From Bacteroidales bacterium (GTDB lineage: Bacteria > Bacteroidota > Bacteroidia > Bacteroidales > WCHB1-69): a stretch of 64,000 nucleotides of DNA. The stretch lies in contig JAFZWE010000006.1 of NCBI GenBank assembly GCA_017617445.1, forward strand, positions 2,246-66,245, read 5' to 3'. Both the position numbers and the translations under genes were made by a program. Of the stretch, positions 18,958 to 28,147 are shown piece by piece; the first letter of the stretch is position 1; every line of letters begins with the position of its first letter. Under the pieces are notes generated by a model. The model was not told the DNA's origin and ran no database searches. It was given only the letters and a program-made list of their open reading frames with translations.

Positions 18958-19428
18958 ATGAAAAAAGGAATCCGCTACTTCCTGTTGTCTGCCATGTTGT
19001 TGATTGCAGGAAACTTAACTGTATCGGCGCAAAATGCCGCCGACAAAGTGCTGGGGGTGTACGACGTAACCGCACCCGGCTCTTCCGAAAACAGTCATGT
19101 GAGAATTTTCAAAGCCAAGGACGGCACCTACGCCGGGCGGGTCATCTGGCTCAAAGAGCCCAACTTTGAGGATGGCACTCCCAAACGGGACATCAAAAAC
19201 CCAGACCCTGCCAAACGCGACACCCCGGGAGATCAGATCCTGCTGATGAAAGGGTTCTCCTACAATGCCGAAAAAAACGAATGGAGCGGGGGCACCATCT
19301 ACAACCCCGTGAACGGGAAAACCTACAAGTGCTACATGAAGTTCGAGAGCGACACCAAGCTGAAAGTGCGTGGCTATATCGGCGTCCCGGCCCTCGGAGA
19401 ATCCATGTATTGGTTCAAAATAAAATAA
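18958..19428 (+). CDS. DUF2147-family exported protein
   Basis: Signal peptide; DIKNPDP, WSGGTIYNPVNGKTY, LKVRGYIG. Confidence 0.85.
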   Translation: MKKGIRYFLLSAMLLIAGNLTVSAQNAADKVLGVYDVTAPGSSENSHVRIFKAKDGTYAGRVIWLKEPNFEDGTPKRDIKNPDPAKRDTPGDQILLMKGFSYNAEKNEWSGGTIYNPVNGKTYKCYMKFESDTKLKVRGYIGVPALGESMYWFKIK

Positions 19429-19492
19429 CAAATCCGCAAGCATCTCCTTTTATTCAGGAAATTCACGTACTTTTGCAGCTAAATTTTTCAAC

Positions 19493-20215
19493 ATGTCAAT
19501 TATTGTAAAAGAAGTCTCCAAACAGTTCGGCAAACAGTGGGCATTGAAAGATGTCAGCTTTGAAGTCAAAAAAGGCGAGGTCGTCGGTTTTCTGGGACCG
19601 AACGGCGCAGGCAAGTCCACCATGATGAAAATCATCACCTGCTACCAACCCCCGACCACCGGAGACGTGTCCGTGTGTGGACTGGACATCTGGAACGATT
19701 CTCTCGCCCTGCGCAAAAAAATCGGCTACCTGTCAGAATCCAACCCCTTGTATGTGGACATGTATGTCACTGAATTTTTGAACTTTATTGCCGGTCTGCA
19801 CCATTTGGACAAAAAGCAGAAGCGCGTAGCTGATGTGATTGAACAGACGGGATTGGGACCGGAAATGCACAAAAAGATCGGGATGCTGTCAAAGGGCTAC
19901 CGGCAGCGCGTCGGACTGGCACAGGCTTTGATTTCAGACCCCGAGGTGTTGATTCTGGACGAGCCCACCACCGGTCTGGACCCCAACCAGCTGGTGGACA
20001 TCCGCAACCTCATCCGCGGCTGCGGACAGTCAAAAACCGTGCTGCTCTCCACCCACATCATGCAGGAGGTGGAAGCCATGTGCAGCCGCGCCATCATCAT
20101 CAACCGGGGAAAAATCGTGGCTGACGCGTCCCTGGACACCCTTCGAAGTGAAGCCGCCAAACGCGGAATCAAAAACAATTCCATTGAAGAATTATTCCAT
20201 ACCATCACCCGATAA
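19493..20215 (+). CDS. ABC transporter ATP-binding protein, GldA-like
   Basis: GPNGAGKST, LSKGYRQRVGLAQAL, LILDEPTTGLDPNQ, STHIMQEV; own -7 box at 19468-19475. Confidence 0.85.
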   Translation: MSIIVKEVSKQFGKQWALKDVSFEVKKGEVVGFLGPNGAGKSTMMKIITCYQPPTTGDVSVCGLDIWNDSLALRKKIGYLSESNPLYVDMYVTEFLNFIAGLHHLDKKQKRVADVIEQTGLGPEMHKKIGMLSKGYRQRVGLAQALISDPEVLILDEPTTGLDPNQLVDIRNLIRGCGQSKTVLLSTHIMQEVEAMCSRAIIINRGKIVADASLDTLRSEAAKRGIKNNSIEELFHTITR

Positions 20216-20225
20216 AAAAAACATT

Positions 20226-22250
20226 GTGAAACGGTTCACTCTTCTGCTCTGCTTTTTGCTCGCCGCCCTTTGGGTTCCTGTTGCTGCCCAAGAGGAAGAC
20301 GAGGACCCTTGCGCTCAAACCTTTCCCAAAAACATTGAAAAGGAGTTCAAAAAAGCCAGGGATTTACAGAAATCAGGCAAAAAATCAGAGGCCAATGCCA
20401 TTTACAGAGATATTCTGGAGGAATACCCCGAGCATCTGGAAGCCAACTACTACCTCGCACTCAGTTACTATCTACCCATCCAACTAAACGATTATGTAAT
20501 TGAAAGAAAGCAAGATGCCGTTGAAGTCATCCAGGCAGCCGACCGCATGTACGCCGTTTGTCCCCACCACAGAATCATCGTTCATCTGTATGCCGCCCGC
20601 ATGGCCTACCAAATCGAGGATTTCAACCAGGCCATCAAACATGCACAGGTGCTGATGGACAATCCGGATTTGGTGAAAAACATGGATGACCTGGAGTTTG
20701 CAGAGGCCATCATCAAAAACGCCAAACGTTTTGCCGTTCTGCTCAACAACCCTGTCCCCTTTGACCCGCATCCCGTGCCGGGCATCAGCACCTCCCATGA
20801 CGAATACCTCGCCACCATTTCCCCCGATGCCGAATACTTCTACTTCACCCGGCGCCAGCCCTACCGCAAGCAGACCGCCTTCGGGACGGAAACCACCGAC
20901 CGCGAGTTCTTCTCGTTCAGCGCCAAAGACAACTTCGGGAATTTCGGGCCCGGGCAGCCGCTCCCCTACCCTTTCAACGAATCCATGGGAGAGGGCAGCC
21001 CCACCATCAACTTAGCCAACGACCTGCTCATCTTCTCCATGCTGCATGAAGTCCGTCTCAAAGATGAAAGAGGTCAAGAGGTGGTTTACCCCAACTACGA
21101 TCTCTATTACTCCACTTTTGACGGAGAGGACTGGTCGGACCCGCGTTCACTGAGCGAAAAAGTCAACCGTGCAGACTCCTGGGAGTCACAGCCATCACTC
21201 AGCTCCGACGGAAAATTCCTGTTCTTTGCCTCCGACCGCCCCGGCGGGTATGGCGGCTCCGACATCTGGCTCACCGAGCGCGATGCCAACGGCAACTGGC
21301 AATCCCCCGTCAACCTCGGGCCTACCATCAACACCAAAGGCAACGAACGCTCCCCCTTCCTGCATACCGACAGCAAAACCCTCTACTTCTCCTCCTCAGG
21401 ACATGGCGGCATCGGCGGCATGGACATCTACTACTCCAAACTGTCTGACAACGGGAAATGGAACACTCCCGTCAATATCGGCTACCCCATCAACTCTGAA
21501 AACGACGATGTGGACTTTTTCGTCAGCCTTGACGGCGCCACTGCCTACTTCTCCTCCAACAACATTGACACACGGTGCTGGAACATCTACAGTTTTGAAC
21601 TTTACGAGGCAGCACGCCCCAAAAGTATGATGCTGATCAAGGGCAACGTCACCTCCGATGACCATGAGAAGGTGAATGCCGTGGTGGAACTCCGCGACGA
21701 GGAATCCAACATCATCGCCACCACCACCGTCAACGAACATACCGGCCATTATGCCATGGCCACCCAGGTGGACACCCAAAAAACGCAGAATCTGATTGTG
21801 AACATCAAACAGGAGGGGTACGCCTACGATACCAAAATGGTCAATGTGGGTCCGGAAACCCAAAAAATCGTCACCTCCGACGCGGAAGTCAAACGCATTG
21901 AGGTGGGCAAAGTGTGCGACCTGCACGACATCTTTTTTGCCACCAACTCCTACACCCTGACCGACGAATCCAAACGTCTGATTGACCTTTTTGCAGATTT
22001 CCTTGAGCACAACCCCGCTGTCAAAGCGGAAATCCAAGGGCATACCGACGATATCGGCAATGACAACGACAACCTGATTTTGTCGGACAGACGTGCGCAG
22101 TCGGTTTACAACTACTTGATTGAAAAAGGCATCTCCAAAAACCGCATCCGCTATAAAGGGTATGGGGAAAGCCGTCCCGTAGCCCCCAACACCACTCCCG
22201 AGGGGCGTGCCAAAAACCGTCGGACTGTTTTTTTAATTTATGAGCGATAA
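20226..22250 (+). CDS. TPR + PD40 propeller + OmpA-C protein (PorE-like)
   Basis: GTG start with signal peptide; PD40 repeats (ESQPSLSSDG..LFFASDRPGGYGGSDIW); OmpA motifs GHTD...LSDRRA...GYGE...NRR. Confidence 0.88.
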   Translation: MKRFTLLLCFLLAALWVPVAAQEEDEDPCAQTFPKNIEKEFKKARDLQKSGKKSEANAIYRDILEEYPEHLEANYYLALSYYLPIQLNDYVIERKQDAVEVIQAADRMYAVCPHHRIIVHLYAARMAYQIEDFNQAIKHAQVLMDNPDLVKNMDDLEFAEAIIKNAKRFAVLLNNPVPFDPHPVPGISTSHDEYLATISPDAEYFYFTRRQPYRKQTAFGTETTDREFFSFSAKDNFGNFGPGQPLPYPFNESMGEGSPTINLANDLLIFSMLHEVRLKDERGQEVVYPNYDLYYSTFDGEDWSDPRSLSEKVNRADSWESQPSLSSDGKFLFFASDRPGGYGGSDIWLTERDANGNWQSPVNLGPTINTKGNERSPFLHTDSKTLYFSSSGHGGIGGMDIYYSKLSDNGKWNTPVNIGYPINSENDDVDFFVSLDGATAYFSSNNIDTRCWNIYSFELYEAARPKSMMLIKGNVTSDDHEKVNAVVELRDEESNIIATTTVNEHTGHYAMATQVDTQKTQNLIVNIKQEGYAYDTKMVNVGPETQKIVTSDAEVKRIEVGKVCDLHDIFFATNSYTLTDESKRLIDLFADFLEHNPAVKAEIQGHTDDIGNDNDNLILSDRRAQSVYNYLIEKGISKNRIRYKGYGESRPVAPNTTPEGRAKNRRTVFLIYER

Positions 22251-23172
22251 AAAAAACACATTTCTGTTCCCGTCCCAGCCGTTCCTTTCCGGAAAGCCCT
22301 ACTGGGTGCAACTGGTGGTACTGTTTTTTCTCACCCTTTTCTGCATGATTCTCTTCAGCGCGACAAGCGGAATCGCGGCACGGATAATTTACGGGAATGA
22401 CATTCTGGAAGCACCTACGGCCTCCTTCTATCGTTTTGTCCAGTTCTTCAATGCCGTCGGAACATTTCTTGTTCCGGCATTGCTTTTTGCCTTTCTGCTT
22501 GAACGGAAATGGTTCTCCTTCAACCTGGCCTGCCGCAGCATCCACCAACCGGCCGTTGTGGCACTGATTCTCCTGCTCTCCTTTGCCCTGTTGCCTGTCA
22601 TCGGCCTTCTCGTCACGCTCAACGGGATGATTCACCTGCCCGACTCCTGGGCTGCCGTAGAGCAGTGGATGACCAAACACGAGCAAGCCTCCACTCTGGT
22701 GCTGGAAACCATGTTAAACGATACCTCCGTTGCCATCCTGCTGCTGAACCTTTTCCTGTGTGCAGTATTGCCAGCATTATGCGAGGAGTTTTTTTTCCGA
22801 GGCACCCTGCAACAGTTGTTTCAAAGATGGTTCGGGAATGCGCATGTGGCCATTTGGTCCACAGCTTTCATTTTCAGCGCGATACACCTGCAATTCGGAG
22901 GATTTTTCGCTCGCTGGCTATTGGGAGCTTACCTGGGCTATCTGTTCTGGTGGAGCCAATCCCTATGGCTTCCCATCCTCGCCCATCTGCTGCACAATGC
23001 CATCAGCATCCTACTGCAATTCTTCATCAGCCAGTCTGGAATCACCCTCCCCCAAGAGACATCCCTGTCGGCGCAACTTCCCGTCGCACTCCTGTCCCTC
23101 TCCCTGTGTGCAGGGCTGATTTTCATGGTTCACAAACTATTAAAAAGCAGAGAGCCTGAGACTACCGAATAA
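22240..23172 (+). CDS. CPBP (CAAX/Abi) intramembrane metalloprotease
   Basis: EEFFFRG, FSAIH, HLLHN. Confidence 0.9.
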   Translation: MSDKKNTFLFPSQPFLSGKPYWVQLVVLFFLTLFCMILFSATSGIAARIIYGNDILEAPTASFYRFVQFFNAVGTFLVPALLFAFLLERKWFSFNLACRSIHQPAVVALILLLSFALLPVIGLLVTLNGMIHLPDSWAAVEQWMTKHEQASTLVLETMLNDTSVAILLLNLFLCAVLPALCEEFFFRGTLQQLFQRWFGNAHVAIWSTAFIFSAIHLQFGGFFARWLLGAYLGYLFWWSQSLWLPILAHLLHNAISILLQFFISQSGITLPQETSLSAQLPVALLSLSLCAGLIFMVHKLLKSREPETTE

Positions 23173-23728
23173 TTCTGTCTTGATTCTGGCTCAAGAAAGC
23201 CGCCCAGCTGTTGGCCTTGCCCTTGCCAAAATCCAACCGGCATTGCAGGTGGTGACATACCGCCGCCGCCAGCGCATCCGTGGCATCCAGATAGGGACTT
23301 TCTGAAGAAAAATCATACATGTGGTGCAGCATGGCCGCCACCTGTTCCTTGGATGCGCTGCCCTTACCCGTAATAGACTGTTTGATGCGGCGGGGCGTGT
23401 ACTCAAAAACCTCCATCCCCGCATGAAGGCACGCCCCGATAGCCACCCCCTGTGCGCGCCCCAATTTCAGCATGGACTGCGGGTTCTTTCCATAGAACGG
23501 CTCCTCAATGGACAAGATATCAGGATGATACTGTTCTATCAGCTGGGTCACCCCGTCATAAATGGCTTTCAACTTGGAACACTGGTCTGACAAGCGATTC
23601 ATTTTCAGCACATCCAGCGTGACAATCTCGCTATTGCGGAGACGGGTTTTCAGGAGGGCGTACCCCATGATATTCGTCCCAGGGTCAATGCCCAAAATGA
23701 GGTGTTCGGTAAGGGTGGAATCAGGCAT
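23162..23728 (-). CDS. ruvC: Crossover junction endodeoxyribonuclease RuvC
   Basis: ILGIDPG, IEEPF, LGRAQG, IKQSITGKG.ASKEQV, DATDALA. Confidence 0.96.
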   Translation of the reverse strand: MPDSTLTEHLILGIDPGTNIMGYALLKTRLRNSEIVTLDVLKMNRLSDQCSKLKAIYDGVTQLIEQYHPDILSIEEPFYGKNPQSMLKLGRAQGVAIGACLHAGMEVFEYTPRRIKQSITGKGSASKEQVAAMLHHMYDFSSESPYLDATDALAAAVCHHLQCRLDFGKGKANSWAAFLSQNQDRIIR

Positions 23729-23738
23729 GGGGGTGAAT

Positions 23739-24158
23739 TTAACGATGTAGGATGAGGGTTTGGGTGGCATAATCTATCACTGCCCGATGGCCTTTGAGGA
23801 AATCGCCGCCGAGAATACCCCGGATGGGCTTGAACCCGACCTGTTCGTACATTTCATTCACCTGTTGGAGGTCCAGCAGGCGGGCGAGAAGGTCGGGAAA
23901 ACGCATGTTGCCAATTTTGAGTCCGTTCACCTTGGAGATGTGCACGTCAATTTCACCTCCGATGGCCACATTCACGTCATCCCGTGCAATTTCAGCGGCA
24001 TCTTCCAGGCAAACAGACTCAATGAAAGTACGGTCGAAGCAAATGTGGTTGGCGCCTGTATCCACCAACATCCAGACGGGCTGTCCGTACAGTGTTGCTT
24101 TGATGACAGGGTGGAACCCTTGCGGGTCCAGTTCCCACAAATGCAGTTTCAACTTCAT
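23739..24158 (-). CDS. Retropepsin-like (clan AA) aspartic protease
   Basis: MLVDTGA and GILGGDFL...AVIDY. Confidence 0.85.
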   Translation of the reverse strand: MKLKLHLWELDPQGFHPVIKATLYGQPVWMLVDTGANHICFDRTFIESVCLEDAAEIARDDVNVAIGGEIDVHISKVNGLKIGNMRFPDLLARLLDLQQVNEMYEQVGFKPIRGILGGDFLKGHRAVIDYATQTLILHR

Positions 24159-24171
24159 GGTTGATGGCAGG

Positions 24172-25566
24172 TTAGAGGTGTACGCACTCCTCGTAAGCGG
24201 CGGCGGTGGCCTCCATGATGGCTTCGGAGAGGGTGGGATGCGGATGGACGGCGCGGAGCAGTTCCGTGCCTTTCACATGCTGCTGGCGGGCGAGCACGAT
24301 ACCCGACACCATTTCCGTCACATTCTCCCCAATCATGTGGCAACCCAGAATCTCGTCAGTTTTCTTGTCAAAGATGATCTTGATCATGCCATCGCGGTTG
24401 CCGGAAGCGGTGGCCTTGCCTGAGGCGGTGAAAGGGAACTTGCCGATGCGCAGCTCGTAACCTGCCTCCAAGGCTTTCTTTTCCGTCAAGCCCACGGAGG
24501 CGATTTCCGGAGTGGTATAGGTACAACCGGGGATGTTTCCATAGTCCACCGGAATGGGATCCAGGCCGGCGATTTTCTCCACGCACACCAGTGCTTCGTG
24601 GGAAGCCACGTGCGCGAGGGCGGGGCCGGGCACGATATCTCCGATGGCGTAAACGCCCTTGCATTTCGTGCGGTAGAACTCATCCACCACCACTTTGCCA
24701 CGTTCCACCTCAATGCCAAGCTTGTCCAGACCAAGTCCTTCCAGGTTAGTCACCACGCCGACAGCAGAAAGCACCACATCACACTCTATTTCAGTAATTT
24801 TCTCTTTTGCATCTTTCACTGTCACCTTGCATTTTTCGCCGGTAGTGTCCACGCTTTCCACGGAAGAGGAGGTCATCACCTTCACGCCATTCTTGCGGAA
24901 AGCACGTTCCAGCTGTTTGGAAATCTCCTCGTCCTCTACAGGAACCAGATTGGGCAGGAACTCCACGATGGTCACTTTAGTACCGAGTGTGGAATAGAAA
25001 TGGGCAAATTCACTGCCGATGGCGCCGGAGCCCATCACCACCATGGATTCGGGAAGCTTGGGCAGAGTAAGCGCCATGCGATAGCCGATAATTTTCTCGC
25101 CATCCTGCTTGATGTGAGGAAGTTCCTTGGAACGCGCCCCCGTTGCCAGGATGATGTGCTCCGCCTCATAAGTTCCCACAGAACCATCAGAGAGATCCAC
25201 CTTCACCTTGCGGTCCGGCGTGAGGGAGGCAAATCCCTCAATGACATCCACATTGTTCTTTTTCAATAAGAACTGCACCCCTTTGCTCATGGTTTCAGCT
25301 ACGGTACGGCTGCGTTTGACCATAGCTTCAAAATCCGGCTTGGCGGGAGTGTCCAGCACAACACCATAATTCTCAGCATGTTTCATATAATTATACACTT
25401 GTGCCGATTTCAGCAGCGCTTTCGTGGGAATACATCCCCAATTGAGACAAATACCGCCCAGTTCACCGCCTTCAACCACAGCCGTCTTCATACCCAACTG
25501 GCTGGCGCGAATCGCAGCCACATAACCTCCGGGACCACTCCCGATAACTATCACATCGTAATTCAT
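24172..25566 (-). CDS. lpdA: Dihydrolipoyl dehydrogenase
   Basis: GSGPGG, GGICLNWGCIPTKAL, HPHPTLSE. Confidence 0.96.
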   Translation of the reverse strand: MNYDVIVIGSGPGGYVAAIRASQLGMKTAVVEGGELGGICLNWGCIPTKALLKSAQVYNYMKHAENYGVVLDTPAKPDFEAMVKRSRTVAETMSKGVQFLLKKNNVDVIEGFASLTPDRKVKVDLSDGSVGTYEAEHIILATGARSKELPHIKQDGEKIIGYRMALTLPKLPESMVVMGSGAIGSEFAHFYSTLGTKVTIVEFLPNLVPVEDEEISKQLERAFRKNGVKVMTSSSVESVDTTGEKCKVTVKDAKEKITEIECDVVLSAVGVVTNLEGLGLDKLGIEVERGKVVVDEFYRTKCKGVYAIGDIVPGPALAHVASHEALVCVEKIAGLDPIPVDYGNIPGCTYTTPEIASVGLTEKKALEAGYELRIGKFPFTASGKATASGNRDGMIKIIFDKKTDEILGCHMIGENVTEMVSGIVLARQQHVKGTELLRAVHPHPTLSEAIMEATAAAYEECVHL

Positions 25567-25686
25567 AAACTTGTTTTTTAAGATTGTTTTATTTTATAAT
25601 TTAATGATTATCAATATTTTCAAAACCAAAACTCCCCATTCATCCTCTAAAAAAGAAAGACAAAATTCACTTGGGATTAGGTGTTG

Positions 25687-25782
25687 CAAAAGTACACGAT
25701 TTTTTTGAATTTTAAATGAATAAAAAAATGGCATTTTCTCCTCAAAAAAAAGACATTTTTCACAAAAATAGTACTACTTTTG
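25687..25782. promoter_or_regulatory. Divergent -7 boxes (lpdA / endonuclease)
   Basis: TACTTTTG on minus 25687-25694 and on plus 25775-25782. Confidence 0.6.
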
Positions 25783-25802
25783 CATCGCTAAAAATACATA
25801 CA

Positions 25803-28040
25803 ATGAAGAAAAAATTACTTTCCACCATTGGATTCTGCATGTTAGGATTTTTCGCCATAGCACAGATTCCGGAAGGATATTATTCCCGTGCCATCGGAAA
25901 GAGCGGACAGGAGTTGAAAGAGGTCCTTTGTGACATTCTCACGGACGGGCATCACTTCATGACCAACGGTTATGGAAGCCCCATCACTTACGGCAGCATT
26001 CCCTTTTTCACCTTTTTGACCACAGATCCCAACTCACTGGAAGATTCCACAGTGTATGACATTTACCGGAACTGCAGCAATCTGTATTACGACATGCAGC
26101 ACAGTGTGCCGGAAGGTCCCATGACCGAATGTGCCTATTGGGAGCAAGAGCACATCTTCTGCCGCAACTGGATGGGGGGCAACACTGCCTGTGCCGGAAC
26201 GATGCAAGCCAGCGACATGCACAACCTCTATCCGGCAGACTGCATCAACAACCTCCGAAGCAACTATGCCTTCGGCATTGTGGACCATGCGGCCTCCAAC
26301 ATCATGACTTTCAGCAACGGTTCCCGGAAAGGGACGGGCGGTTACTTTGTCGGCACTGCCGACGACGAGCACTATTCGGGCACGGTGTATGAGCCCGTGA
26401 TGGAAGCGCGCGGCGACATCGCAAGAACCATCTTCTACATGGCCACACGCTACATGCACGAGACCAGTTTCAATGGGGACAACGCCCCCATGAGCACATG
26501 CGACGCCAGTGGAGTGGGGCTCAAGCCCTGGGCCGTGGCCATGCTCATTGAGTGGCATCATGCCGACCCCGTGGATGAGCGCGACAGTCTGCGCAACAAC
26601 GCAGTGTACCGTCTCCAAGGCAACCGCAACCCCTACGTGGACCATCCCGAACTGGTGGACCTGATCTGGGGCGGCATCACTGACACTTTTGCCGGGACAC
26701 CCGTGGAATACACACTTCCTGAAATCTACCACTTTGAGGTGGAAAACCTCCACTCTCTGGTCATCACCTTCAACACGCCGATGGAAGAGGAGCCCCTCGG
26801 GAACACGGAAAACTATGCCATTGTGCGAAGCACCAACATGCTTTACGCCCTTCATCCCGCCTCGGTGGAGGTGATAGATCCTTTCACTGTGGTACTGAAC
26901 CTGGACAGCAGCGGACTCACTCCCGGCATCGGTTACTATTGCAACGTGGCAGGGATGCCCGCACTCAACGGGTGGTTCAGCCGCAGCACCACCTTCCATT
27001 TCGTTTATGGTGTCAACAGCCGCCAGCGCACCCTGGCCGCCTGGACATTTGACGAAACCCAGGACTACGACCTCATGCCGGTCATCCCGGCCAACTATGG
27101 GGACACGCTCTTTTCCGTCATGCAGTTTTCCGAAGATTACCTGCCCCAACACATCGTCACCCGGAGTGGCAGCCGTGTCGGGGACCCACGGGTTCCGCAA
27201 AATGCCGGCAGAGCCGTCAGCTTCAAGCAGCACACTGGTTCCGGCGCCCACGAGTGCGACACCGCGCTGTACTTCACCCTTCGCGCCAGCACCCTGCTGT
27301 TTGAGAACATCAGCCTCTCCTTCGCCCGCAGTTTCACCTCCAGCTCCTGCAGGTACTACAAATACTACTACAGCACCACAGGAGACTCCACCTCCTACAT
27401 CCTGTTCAAGGAGGACAATTTCAACACAGACACCCTCAGCGACAATTTTGACCTACAGTACTTCAACCTCTCCGACATCAGCGAGCTCAACAACACCGAT
27501 TCCATCTTCTTCATGATCAAAATGTACGGGGCCATCAGCGGAACGGGGCGTGCCAGCTTTGACAATTTCTGCATTGCGGGAGAAAAATGCCGCCACGGGA
27601 TATATTACACAGACACCGTGGTCTCCGGACGAAGCTACGACCGCTACGGCTTCCATCTCACCCCCAGCCAGACACAGCTGAGCGGGGACATGAACGAATT
27701 CACCAGCACCTATGAAAGAGTAGTGGCGCAGGAGGATGACTGCGACAGCGTTTTCACCCTGACATTGCACATCATCAGCGAAACAGGGATACAGGCATCC
27801 TTGGAACCCGAAACTTTCAACCTGCGCCCCAACCCGGCACACGAGACAGTCACCGTCTGTGGCGAGGGACTTTCCGAAATCCGTTTGTACACACTGATCG
27901 GCCAGCAGCTCGTCACCATTTCTGCCGATGAAAGCGGAGAAACACAGATTTCTCTTGCAGGCGCACGACCGGGAATCTACATCATCCAAGGAATTTATCA
28001 CGACGGACGCACCGTGTCGCAGAAACTCATTCTGCAATAG
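25803..28040 (+). CDS. Secreted endonuclease I-family (His-Me finger) nuclease with accessory beta-domains and T9SS C-terminal domain
   Basis: Signal peptide; EQEH, SDMHNLYPAD..NNLRSNYAFG, YEP..RGDIARTIFYMATRY, DPVD...RNN..QGNRNPYVDHPE; CTD LRPNPA...GIYII...QKLILQ. Confidence 0.88.
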   Translation: MKKKLLSTIGFCMLGFFAIAQIPEGYYSRAIGKSGQELKEVLCDILTDGHHFMTNGYGSPITYGSIPFFTFLTTDPNSLEDSTVYDIYRNCSNLYYDMQHSVPEGPMTECAYWEQEHIFCRNWMGGNTACAGTMQASDMHNLYPADCINNLRSNYAFGIVDHAASNIMTFSNGSRKGTGGYFVGTADDEHYSGTVYEPVMEARGDIARTIFYMATRYMHETSFNGDNAPMSTCDASGVGLKPWAVAMLIEWHHADPVDERDSLRNNAVYRLQGNRNPYVDHPELVDLIWGGITDTFAGTPVEYTLPEIYHFEVENLHSLVITFNTPMEEEPLGNTENYAIVRSTNMLYALHPASVEVIDPFTVVLNLDSSGLTPGIGYYCNVAGMPALNGWFSRSTTFHFVYGVNSRQRTLAAWTFDETQDYDLMPVIPANYGDTLFSVMQFSEDYLPQHIVTRSGSRVGDPRVPQNAGRAVSFKQHTGSGAHECDTALYFTLRASTLLFENISLSFARSFTSSSCRYYKYYYSTTGDSTSYILFKEDNFNTDTLSDNFDLQYFNLSDISELNNTDSIFFMIKMYGAISGTGRASFDNFCIAGEKCRHGIYYTDTVVSGRSYDRYGFHLTPSQTQLSGDMNEFTSTYERVVAQEDDCDSVFTLTLHIISETGIQASLEPETFNLRPNPAHETVTVCGEGLSEIRLYTLIGQQLVTISADESGETQISLAGARPGIYIIQGIYHDGRTVSQKLILQ

Positions 28041-28109
28041 TAGAAAAAACTTCTTTGACCGCGAATGAAAAAAGCAAAAGAAAGTCCTTCGGAATCCGCG
28101 AAAATAATG

Positions 28110-28117
28110 TAACTTTG
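28110..28117 (+). promoter_or_regulatory. -7 promoter box for the TBDR-DUF5689 operon
   Basis: TAACTTTG 30 nt upstream of ATG 28148. Confidence 0.6.
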
Positions 28118-28147
28118 CCGCTTGAAATTTTAACCAAAACACACCTT

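Noticed and set aside
23064-23079. Third copy of the cassette repeat (tgtcggcgcaactt)
   Set aside because: A short partial match with a deletion inside the CPBP coding sequence; likely chance.
23162-23728. RuvC as part of a TnpB/Cas-like system
   Set aside because: A canonical ~190-aa Holliday junction resolvase with no associated RNA, array or transposon ends.
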